Shown here piece by piece: positions 54,267 to 64,000 of a stretch of 64,000 nucleotides of DNA. The translations under genes and the position numbers were made by a program. The notes below the pieces were generated by a model. That model was not told the origin of the DNA and searched no databases. It saw nothing but the letters and a program-made list of their open reading frames with translations. The stretch spans positions 15,952,140-16,016,139 of the forward strand of contig CP154954.1 in NCBI GenBank assembly GCA_039621445.1, written 5' to 3'. The stretch comes from Euglena gracilis (Eukaryota). How positions within the stretch are numbered: the first letter of the stretch is position 1; the number at the start of each line of letters is the position of its first letter.

Positions 54267-54683
54267 AACCCCCCCCCAAATATAAAACCCCCCGGTTTTA
54301 TAATTGGGCGGAAATTGGGCGGCAAGACCCCGAGGGGGGGTTTTATATTTGGGGGGGGGGTTATATTCGGTCAGAAAAATCAACTTCCCGGTGGGCTCCA
54401 GTAAACACTTTTTTGGTCCAAAATAACAAATACGCCCACCCTTGGGGGTCCAAAAACTTCATTTTTCGGGCGAAGGAGCAATTTTCACATGTTTTTGGTA
54501 AAAATTGTTCCCAAATCTGCCAAAATGACAATTTTGGGAGATATTTTGTCGAAATTTTTTCCTTCCGGCGCTTCGCGCCGGAGGGGGGGTTTTATATTTG
54601 GGCGGGATTTCAAGGTCCTCAGGGGGGGTTTTATATTTGGGGGGGGGTTTGTATTTGGGGGGGGGTTATATTTGGGGGGGGTT
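54267..54683. mobile_element. TA-flanked MITE with AAATATAAAACCC repeats, related in structure to 8063-8522
   Basis: TIR AACCCCCCCCCAAATATAA / TTATATTTGGGGGGGGTT; TA at 54265-54266 and 54684-54685; contains CGGCGCTTCGCGCC. Confidence 0.85.
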
Positions 54684-54699
54684 TATGTCTTTCAGACAC

Positions 54700-54778
54700 A
54701 GGAGGGGCTGCATGAGAGGGGCTGCACGAGAGGGGCGGCACGAGAGGGGCTGCACGAGAGGGGCTGCACGAGAGGGGC
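54700..54778. repeat. 14-bp minisatellite GAGAGGGGCTGCAC, ~5 copies
   Basis: Direct reading. Confidence 0.85.
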
Positions 54779-56321
54779 AAAACAAAAAACACACAACCAA
54801 ATACAGGGCTGAACCCTTCGGAGGGTTCAGCTTCTGGGACCTGAAGCCCTCGGACCAGCGCTTCAGCGCCGCGGTGATGTGCTGCCCCGACATCAGCACG
54901 TAGTGGTTCTCTGTGGGGACAATGAAGGGATGTGCGCGCAATTGCGCAAATAAACAAACTGTATGCGTATGTGCGCGCAAATGCACAAATAAACACATTA
55001 TGCATGGACGTGCGCACAAATGAGCCAGTAAAAAGGGATTGTGTGCTTGTGCGCGCAAATGCGCAAATCAAATCCGACTTCCAAAGCAATGCACGCACTC
55101 CAATGCTGAACCCTGCACACCAACAGAGTTTCCAGAGGCAAACTCATTCCAGACAAACCACCCCACAACCGCAAACACCCACGTATGACGCAATCACACT
55201 GATAGACACACCGGCCTTCTTCCACACGGTGACCCGCACCATCTCCAGCGGGGGGTTCAGCTGCAGCTGCCGCAGCTTCCGCTCCACCTCCGTGTTGTCC
55301 AGGGGCCGCGTCTGCCCCTCGGACTGGTTGTAGTCCACGTGCAGCACGTCCAGCTTTGTCCCCGTCGACAGCACCCACTGCTTCACCTCCTCCTTGTACA
55401 CCTCCGCGATGGGCAGGTTGCGGGAGGTACTGCGGGGGCGGATCCGCCCCGGCTTGGCGGCGGGCTTCGGCTCCTGCGCTGCAGCGGCCTCAGCTGGGGC
55501 GGGCTCCGCTCCAGCCTCCGCCGCCTCGGTCCCGGACTCCGCCTGCCCGGGGACGGCAGCCTCCCCCTCTGGGGGGACATCAACAGGGTCGGCCATGGTG
55601 TGTGACCTGAGGCAAGGCGCCGTTTCAAAAAGGGGGGGAATGTGACCAGTGACTGAACTGCACGTGCAACAACTGAATTCAGCACATTGAAATGCCTTCT
55701 AACCTACGGCAAGCAATCCGCGCAAATTATGACAAAAAATCATCCGACTTAGGCATTTTCAGGCAAAAAATGGAAAAAGTGTGAAACGTTCTGACGGGAC
55801 GCACAAAATGGATTATTCTGGTCCGTAACAACGGGGGGTATGGATATGCTACGTTTTCGTAATCTTTCACGGCGTATATGTGTCAAAAACTGCCGAACAC
55901 AAACCGGGGGTGACACGTCACGCATTCGGGTCGTGAAACAGTTAACACACTGGCGGTTTACTGTTGGACATCCGTAGGCCTGCTTTTTTGGAAATCCAGA
56001 AGGTGTCTAGAGGGGAGCTGTCAACTTTTTTCTTTTGGCGAACATGCACCTGGTTATGGCGCATCGAATGATCCATAAAATAAAGTGTGGTGTGGCTTGT
56101 ATCAAAAGTTACTAAACCGTCGCCTCATCAGCAAATCCGCTCAGTCGGACCCCTCGAAGGGGTCCGCCGGGACGTACACACGAGCCGCCCTTGGCGGCAC
56201 CGTGTCCCGACTGCTGGTGGCCGCCCCACGCCCTGCGGGGTCCGCCGGTACCCGCCCGCCCGCCCGCGGAGGTGACTCGTCGCCCGCTGGTGATTCGAAT
56301 CGCGACCGTCGAGTCGGTCGC

Positions 56322-57117
56322 TCAGGCAGGGACCCCTCGGACGAGGACTCGGCAGCCACGGACAACGGCAGATTCGCGGTGCGCCTCCAGCGGGCGTGCG
56401 CTGATCTCCGAGACCAGCTCCAGGAACGCCGGCAGGTCGCTCCGCACCAGCCGTGCGGACACCCGGTGGATGCGGCCCAGCAGCTGCTCCAGCGACGGGT
56501 ACCCCAGGTACTCCGGGATGGCGTCCACCGCCGTCCGCATCGGGGTTCGACGTCATGGCCCTCTTCCAGAAGTTGTCGAACCACAGGACGCAGCTCCGCC
56601 CCTCCGACTGCTGCCACAGGTCCTCCAGCCGCTAACAGGCCCGCTGCCGCCGCCACTGCCGGTTCCACATCGGCTCCTTCGGCAGGATCCCACTGGGCCG
56701 CAGCAGCCGGCTGGCCGCCCGGTGCCTGGCCAGCAGCGCCTCGTGCTCCTCCGCCACCACCCGCTGCGCCGACCGCGGGCAGGCGTGCTGCCGCAGCGCC
56801 CGGTACACCGCCCAGGCGTCCTTGAGCAGCAGCTCAATCCGCGGCCGCCGCGGCTCCCGGGCCAGCTCCTCCAGCAGCGCCGCGCCCCCCTCCGTCCGCA
56901 GCGGCACCCGGGTGTGGGCCACCTGCACCACCAGGGTCTGCAGCGGGTGGCCGCGCTGCACCACCGCCGCCACAAACTCCTCGTAGCTGGTGGCGAAGTG
57001 GGCCTTCACCAGCTGGCCCAGCACCTTCCTGGCCTCCGCGGCCAAGGCGGCCTCCTCGCTGTAGCCCTCGTAGCCACGGCGGCGGGAGTGGGTGCTGCTG
57101 GCCTGCAAGGACTCCAT
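56322..57117 (-). pseudogene. Decayed 'WFDNFWK' gene (putative Academ-like transposase N-terminal part)
   Basis: MESLQ...KVLGQLVKAHFATSYEEFVA...ELLLKDAWAVYRALRQHACPRSAQRVVAEE...PSGILPKEPMWNRQW...C*RLEDLWQQSEGRSCVLWFDNFWK (56563-56583), then a frameshift to AIPEYLGYPSLEQLL. High GC3. Confidence 0.62.
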
Positions 57118-60100
57118 TCAGTCCTCCCCAGGTCTGCCGGCACGCCGCCTTTTCGCCACCACCTCAAATCTGTTAACTTCACACCCCCGTTGTCGCCACC
57201 CTGTCCACATCACTCATACAGACACATTACACGCTACACGTCCCACAATCCTGTGTGTCATTTCTTTTATTTGGAACTGTTTGTGCGCGCAAAATGCGCA
57301 AGTCAACAAACAAAAAAGCACACATTAATACACCGCTGTACCCTGCCTGGCCATCCCCCATGTACGTCAACTCCAGACAGGGGACACCGGCCATACACCA
57401 CCATAGAGCCTTAGCCACCCAGCACGTAACACACACACACTCTCAAATGGTGAGCAGCGTAGCTTCCCATGGGTCATAGCGTCTCCACCAGCCATACAAA
57501 TCACACCCCCACTGACACAACGAGTGAATGACAACGTGCAGGTCAATAGACTGGCAGCACAACGCCCCCTGGGTCGTTAAACAACCACTTTTCATTTCTG
57601 ACACAATCTGGGGCGTCAACCACCCTCTCAGCAGCACAGTCAATCACAGTAGGAATAATCGTTTGATGCGCGCATTTGCGCAAGTGTGCAGTGCACCACA
57701 AACAAAATTTATTCCGTACACCAATTAGAAAGTTCCAATCACCAGGCATTTCTTCTCCCTTGTCCAAAACAGGGGTGTCACACCCCTCTCCAGACACACC
57801 CAATTCCATTGTAATTCATAAGACATGGCACCCAACACACCATCACAATAATTTCGAAATTCATCAAGGGTGTCTGATTTCATCGCCCGGCAAACGTTCA
57901 GTATCCACAGGTCACATTTGGACACCCAAAAGTCAAAAACCGTACGCCGTCAGATCTGGCCAGTTGGGTGCCGCGGGGTGGTGTGGGGTGGAAGAGGGTG
58001 TCGGCGGGTGTCCCACGGACAGTGTGCAGACAACCATCTGCGGAGAGGGAGGTACAAATGTTCGCGCGCCCGTTTGTATTTGAAGGGGTTCGAATTGCCC
58101 AGCCCTAACGAGTTCTGTCCGCGACCACAAAAATTTCTTTTTGGCAGGCAGGGTACAGGGTCCCAGGGGTTACAAAAAAATGGTTACATTTGCGCAAATG
58201 CGCCCATCCTAAAGGGAAAACCCTTAAGTGCGAATTCGGCTGCCTAAGCCCCGGCCCAGAACCCAAAATTGTCATTGTTAAAAAAAAATAATGTGAAATG
58301 CAATTTTTTTTGGCCCCCCAATTTTTCTGGCGCTTTGAGCAGAAAAAAAATTGTTTGTTCGGGGGAGGGGGGTCCTGACTATACCATTGCTTAAGGTTTG
58401 TCTGACCCCCAGGGGGGTGATTGGCTGGTTTTTTAGGAGTGGTTTTTGGCTCCAGACGCCCCCCCCCCCCCGGGAGGTTGGCCACGAATGCTCGAAAGTG
58501 GCCACCCGGCGCGGAAGCCACGGGAATTTTTTTTGAAGTTTCTGGCCTTTTCGGCCCGAGTGCCCCTGTGTGCACTGTGTCTTTTTGTTTGGTGCCTTTT
58601 ATCCCTTCTTCTGTTCCCTTCTTCTGGCTGTTTTTCGCCTCTGAACCTTTTGTCTGTGTACGTGGAGGTGGCCGGAGCCTGGCGGGACTTACCTTTTGTT
58701 TACTTCTATGTCCCACCCTTAAAACACTCAAACCCGCCGCAGTTCAGCCACTTTCATCTCACCCAAGCTCTTGGGGGACACTGTGGTGGCATGGTGGATG
58801 GAGACCCTTGATGGCAGGTGCGTCCAAAAATCCAACAGACATGGAGGGAAGGTGATCGATCGGCAGCCTTCAAAACACCTTCACAAACTTCCCCCCAAAT
58901 AATATACCCCGCCCCTGGCCTGCGATTTCAGCTGCCCAAATAATGTACCCCCAGCCACACTCCTTGATAGAAATCAAGCAAAGCGGAAACTCATCAAATT
59001 CCCTCTGAAAAAAGCATATTTTAAAATTATGCTTGGTACAACAAACCTACCAAGGCCCTACTGGTGCGACCCTCGCCCAATGAAACCCCTCCCCCAAATG
59101 GTATACCTGGTGGTGTTTTATTATACAGGTATCCAAAACTTGGGCCCAGGGTGGGTACTTGAGTCGGGGGGGTGTATTATTGGGGAAATTCTTCAAGCTC
59201 AAAAAGACACCCAGAGTTCCCCTTTTCACATAATATCTGGACTTTTCATATTTCTCCTTTTATTTTACGTGATCTACCACTTGGAACCTGGCGATGCATC
59301 ATGCATCATGCGCCGAAAACCTGGTGCCTGATGGCTGCCCCCTCCCTCCTGATGTACACGTCTCGGGACAGGTGATGCATTGGTCCATTGGGTCCATGTG
59401 CTTTTCCCCCAAGGGCAGGTCGGTCAATGGGGCAGTGTATTTTTTTTAAGGACTGCCCCATTATGGACCGTCTTAGGACTAAGGACCTGCCAATGGCCGG
59501 TCTGGGGTTGAACAGGGTTGAAAATGAAAAATTATGAAATAAAAAACCGCATTTTTTTGACTTTTTGGGTGGATGAGCGATGGCCTTTCTTCAATGGGAA
59601 TGAAAACTTCAGATTATCACCATGACCCCTGCCCCGTTCCCAAAAATTTTTCCCAATTGCGAGCGATTGAATCCCGGCTTTCTGAACTACTTCTGGTTGG
59701 CCCCTAACTCCCACCAGGCCCGAGGTATTCAGCCAACAAGGGGTGCAAACTGGGTAGGATTCGCCACCCCCCCCTCTGGTATTCAACAAACAAAGGAGGA
59801 GGCAAACAATTCCATCTTCGTGTGTTGTCCCTCCTTGGTTGCATTTTAGTATAGAGAATGATGTGCTGGAAGAGGTTCGTTATATGCATTTGCCGCTTCC
59901 CTGCCCTGCTTTTTTTGTTATTGTGGCTGCCTGTTCCAAAGCCAAGGCGGTTCTTCCCCACTCATCTAATATCAAAAAGTGACATATTTGAACCGGGTCT
60001 GTTCGCCTGGGAGCCATTGGGGATGAACCTTGTTTTACCCTCAGGGGACTCCACATCCTGGGGCACCAAATCCATCACGCATTTATTATTATTATTTTTT

Positions 60101-61531
60101 TCTCATCAAGGGGTGATTGCGACAGAAAATCACAATGATGAGTCCAAACCTTTTGCGACGGTCTGAAAATTTCCACTTTTTGCAGCTGGCCTTCACTGAT
60201 CTGTGGTGATTCGCTGTGCCACTCGGACAGCATTGAACAATGGCCAGTACAATGGAGAGGGCACCCCCCCCCAACCCCCTCCAAACCCCCACCAAAAAAC
60301 CTGGCGGTGTGCCAGGTTACCAAAACGATCATTTTTTTCTTTGCCCCCCCCGTAGGTTATTCGGGCATTCACAGGGTCAAGGACCTGTGAATGTCCATGT
60401 TAATTTACCGGGATTTCATGCAGACTTGTCGTTGCAGATTGAGCCATTTCTTAAGGTTTTTGAGCTGCTTGTGTGTGGGACCCGAAATTTGTAACATATC
60501 AAGTGCCCTGGACGAGTTATGGCTTTGGCCTTTTTGTTAGCAAAGCTCGGGACTTAAAGGGACTCGTCTCACGTATCTCAAATTTGAAGCTGTGGCCGTT
60601 TTATGGTGTTTTTGAATCATCGGATTTATTCATTTATTCATTTTCCTTCTATTTTTTTGAATTTTTGTTATTTTCCACCATCTTGGTGAAAATTGATTTA
60701 TTGCATGGTAAAAAATGTATTTACTGCAACTTTGAGGGGTTTTGAAGGAATGCCGCCCAACACTGTACTCTGGCCGTTTGCTTCTTTGCAGAAAGCAACC
60801 AATTTTAACCAAATTCTGGTCAAATTTTCTTAAGCAACGCCCTGCTGCATACCTTGTGCACTTTTTCTGTTGTTAGATTACAAAATCTTTGACAAGAGCG
60901 AGTTTTATTTTTTTCCAGCCGCCTGAAAAGTGGCTGGTCAGTAACAGATTTTCGCTTTTGGGGGTCCAAAAATGGGCCAAAATGGGTCAAAAATGGGGGA
61001 AATGGGTCGCAAAAGGGATCGTCAGGGCAAATTTGGGGTCGAAAAATCGATTTTTTTTTGCATAATTGGCAGTTTTTTTTTTGGACATTTTTGCGCTTTC
61101 AATTTTGTGATACCCGTTTCGACCCCGGGTCGGGCTTAGCTCCAGCCCTGGCACCCCCAAGGGGGTAAGCCAACAGCCTTTTTCCAACCAGCCCAAGCTC
61201 TCCAGCCTCTGAGCTGGACCCCCCATGGGTCCTAAAGGAACGCCCTTGCATGCAGAAGCCACACCACATGCGTCGGTTAAAATAGCACATGTCTCAAACC
61301 ATTAATTTTATTTGGCATGGTTTTATTGAATCCACCGACGCACCGTGCAGAGGGTGAATGGGTTTCACGGAGTGCCACACTCCGTCAGAATCCCATGTCA
61401 GCATCCCCAATGTCGTAGATGGAGAACCTGTTCTATAACATTGCAGTGAAGGGGTGGGGGGACCTCACTACAACATTACGTCAAACCGGTGGAGAAGAAA
61501 AGCACGTTGCTGCCCAATGGTTGCCAAGACA

Positions 61532-61750
<219 letters not shown>

Positions 61751-62249
61751 GCAATACCCCCCCCCCCGCCTGCCCATACCGAGTCGCTCCCGTCTTGCGC
61801 TGCGCATTGTGTTCCATTGCACTGCACCCCAGCGATGCCACACCTGGAGCTGTGGTGTATGGCGGGCTTCCATTGTTGTGTTATGCTCTGCTGTTGTTCT
61901 GTGTTGTGTGCTGCGCCGTGCCCATCACACGTATGGGGTGGTACCAGCCAACAGTGCCTAGGCAATGGTGTTGTTCGATGATTCAAACAGAGGTATGCGG
62001 ATAGATGTTAAGATTAAAATTATTGACCAATAAATAATTTGGTTTTCTATATTCTCAGAGAAAGGGCGGGCTTCAGCTTCTTTTCCGCATTTGCATTCAT
62101 TTCACAGATTCATGAGCTGCAAAATGGGCTGACTGTTGCCAGGCTTAAATCCAAAACGCAAAGCCATTTGTTTCTTGCCAGCTGACACACCCCGTATCAA
62201 CTGCATTTTTCCCATTCCCAAAATGCCATTTTCTTTGTGGTTCAGTGCA

Positions 62250-62335
62250 CATGACATGGCGTGTCCATGACACCCCCCCCCCCGTGTCAACCGCACTTTC
62301 CCCATATTTTGGCGTGTCAGGACGGGGGGGGGTAG
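62250..62335 (-). mobile_element. Solo end related to the MITE at 10232-10632
   Basis: ggcgtgtccatgacacccccc...cgtgtcaaccgcactttcccc.tattttggcgtgtca is the reverse complement of ~10250-10320. Confidence 0.7.
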
Positions 62336-63749
62336 GAGGGTGGTGTGGAATGGGTTCACCCAGTTAGTCTAACGTTTATGGTAGGGTTTAGGTTTGGTGT
62401 CACCCTCCCCTCAAATGAACCCCCCCAATATAAACCACCTGGGGGCTTTGTTTGGTGACCAAGTATGACCCCCATGCCGATAAGCATCGCAGAAGCGGCA
62501 CAAGACAGGAAAAACCCCCAAAATGCATTGTTTTTTTTCGACAGTTTTTCACGTCCTTTTTGTGGATGTTTAGACGGAAAGTTTGATTGAACTACCCACG
62601 AAAGGAACGATCGATGGAATGCCACTGATTGATGGTAATTAGTCAGCTTAGCCTCCCTGGTGCCCTTTGGACGGTATGTCCGCCATTTCTGAATTTGGAG
62701 TGATCCAAGGTTTGCTCTACAACAAAGACGGAATACTGCTTTTCTAGTTTCCAGGAGAAGGTCCGAGAGGCACCCCGGAAGCACCAGGTTCCAGGCAGCT
62801 GAGGTGGGTGTTTCTCCCAAGTATGTTATTCGATGTTTTCGGTCGCTGTTTCCAAAGGCCATGTTGCGTTCATCCACCCTGGTGATGAATCAGATTCCAA
62901 ACATCAAATGTTTCTTAATTTTGATGTATCTTTTTTAATTTGTATATTAAGAATTCATTACCTGAATACCATCCAGCGCACAGACAACACAGGTGCAAGG
63001 GGTGCTGCACCCATGCACCGATGTGATGTGTCGGCACGAGATTCCCCATTTGTTTTGTCAGGTGTTGGTGCTCTAACAGGAAGAAATATCGACTGGTGGG
63101 CCGGGGGGGGGTCTAATGGGGAACATCCGGGACCACATCCCAAAAAGGTCAAATTGTTTCTTCCAGCGCTTGGATTCAAAATGCTTTTCCCATTGACGAG
63201 ATTTTGTCAGGAAGTGCAAAGATTTTTTTGGACGATTTGAGCAAAAAAATTCATGTCCCAAGACAAAAAGTAATGTGGTGTCAATTTAACCAGGTCACTA
63301 TTTCGGGGGGGGTGTTCCCCACCCCCTGCTCCCCTTGAGTAGTGGAGGGCATGAACCCTGGACGGGATTTCAAGACCCCCAGGGAGGATTTTATTGGGAG
63401 CTTATACTTCGTCAACCCGCTTAGCTGTGCATGTGGCATTCAACACCTCCCCACCTTGCTGAGGCTGGGTTCCACTGGGGGCTCGGTTGGTTACCCAACC
63501 GCAAATTTAGTTCCCTTACTGTACACAGAGAAGCCAAACTATCGGGCGGGTGGAATCCCTGGGTGCGATATGGGTCAATGCGCAGATTTTACAAGAGGCG
63601 TCCGAAGGACATTCGCAGAAACGGTTTTCTGCACACTGGCTGCCTGCTCTTTGGGAAGGCTTCTGGATTGATTGATGGTTGTATGACCTGAGGAGGTGCG
63701 GCCGTCCCTGTCTTGTTCGTGCATTTTTTGAATTCTCTTCTTTTGTTGA

Positions 63750-64000
63750 GGGTTTGGGTTTGGGTTTGGTAACAATTCTTTCCCCTAGCAAAAAGGGGGC
63801 ATGGGGTGCCAGCCCGTTGGTTTCCCTGGAGACCAGAGATCTCAGGCCTAACCACCCCTGCTCTTCCCCTGACAGGGTTCTCCGGTTAGCCTCCGCCACC
63901 GGCCCCCCCCAAACCATATGGCCGTGCCGTTCAGCCTCATGCAGCAGCTCCCCGGTAAGTCCGACCTGTGGCTGCAGCTGCGGGGCTCCGAAGCTGCCCG
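63750..64000 (-). mobile_element. 3' end of putative non-LTR retroposon with (AAACCC)n tail; runs off the window
   Basis: gggtttgggtttgggtttggtaacaattc...; a longer copy of 3138-3346. Confidence 0.6.

Larger units (their letters stand above)
54021..55596 (-). pseudogene. Spliced ParB/Srx-fold (DGQHR/DndB-like) domain gene; exons 55596-55212, 54910-~54815, ~54250-54021
   Basis: Exon 1 and exon 2 join in frame across GT-AG intron 54911-55211: VDYNQSEGQTRPLDNTEVERKLRQLQLNPPLEMVRVTVWKKAENHYVLMSGQHITAALKRW. Exon 3 contains ILHPMTPVHLRRAAGGYAQ. The exon 2/3 junction is unresolved. Confidence 0.6.
51678..58246 (-). mobile_element. ~6.6-kb TIR-bounded DNA transposon (TAG...CTA termini, Academ-like) carrying a ParB-like gene
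   Basis: Left end TAGGCGGCCTAATTCGCATTTAAG vs right end (reverse complement) TAGGCAGCCGAATTCGCACTTAAG, 21/24 match. Both are followed ~40 bp in by GCGCAYTTGCGCAAAT. No TSD is seen other than a possible TA. Confidence 0.62.

Noticed and set aside
57330-57930. Possible third gene in the TIR element (W/C-rich short minus-strand frames)
   Set aside because: I could not assemble exons or recognise a domain.

Overview
Repeat-dominated eukaryotic genomic DNA with short (~46-50 nt) GT-AG introns. I found no intact host gene, rRNA, tRNA or CRISPR array, and the taxon cannot be fixed from sequence alone. About 20 kb is one strand-polarised family of NNTG tetranucleotide arrays (TATG/TCTG/CCTG/GATG; ~10.8-18.4, 25.7-38.7 and 46.9-48.1 kb); the long 'MYVC/HTYI' ORFs are translation artefacts of these arrays. 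Two decayed copies of a Helitron-like Rep/Pif1-helicase element (18.4-25.7 and 38.7-46.9 kb) each abut (TATG)n at both ends. Other content: a Tc1/mariner element rearranged by an inversion and a retroposon 3' end, an internally deleted CGGBP1-zinc-finger hAT-like element, and several MITEs. The top candidate for something new is a ~6.6 kb element (51678-58246) with imperfect TAG...CTA terminal inverted repeats. It carries a decayed 'W(F/Y)DNFWK' putative Academ-like transposase and a spliced ParB/DGQHR-like gene, and has about 11 copies of a palindromic TGCGCAATTGCGCA-type motif in its non-coding DNA. A diverged paralog of the transposase-like gene lies at 2.3-4.6 kb. All family assignments come from reading motifs by eye, not from database searches.
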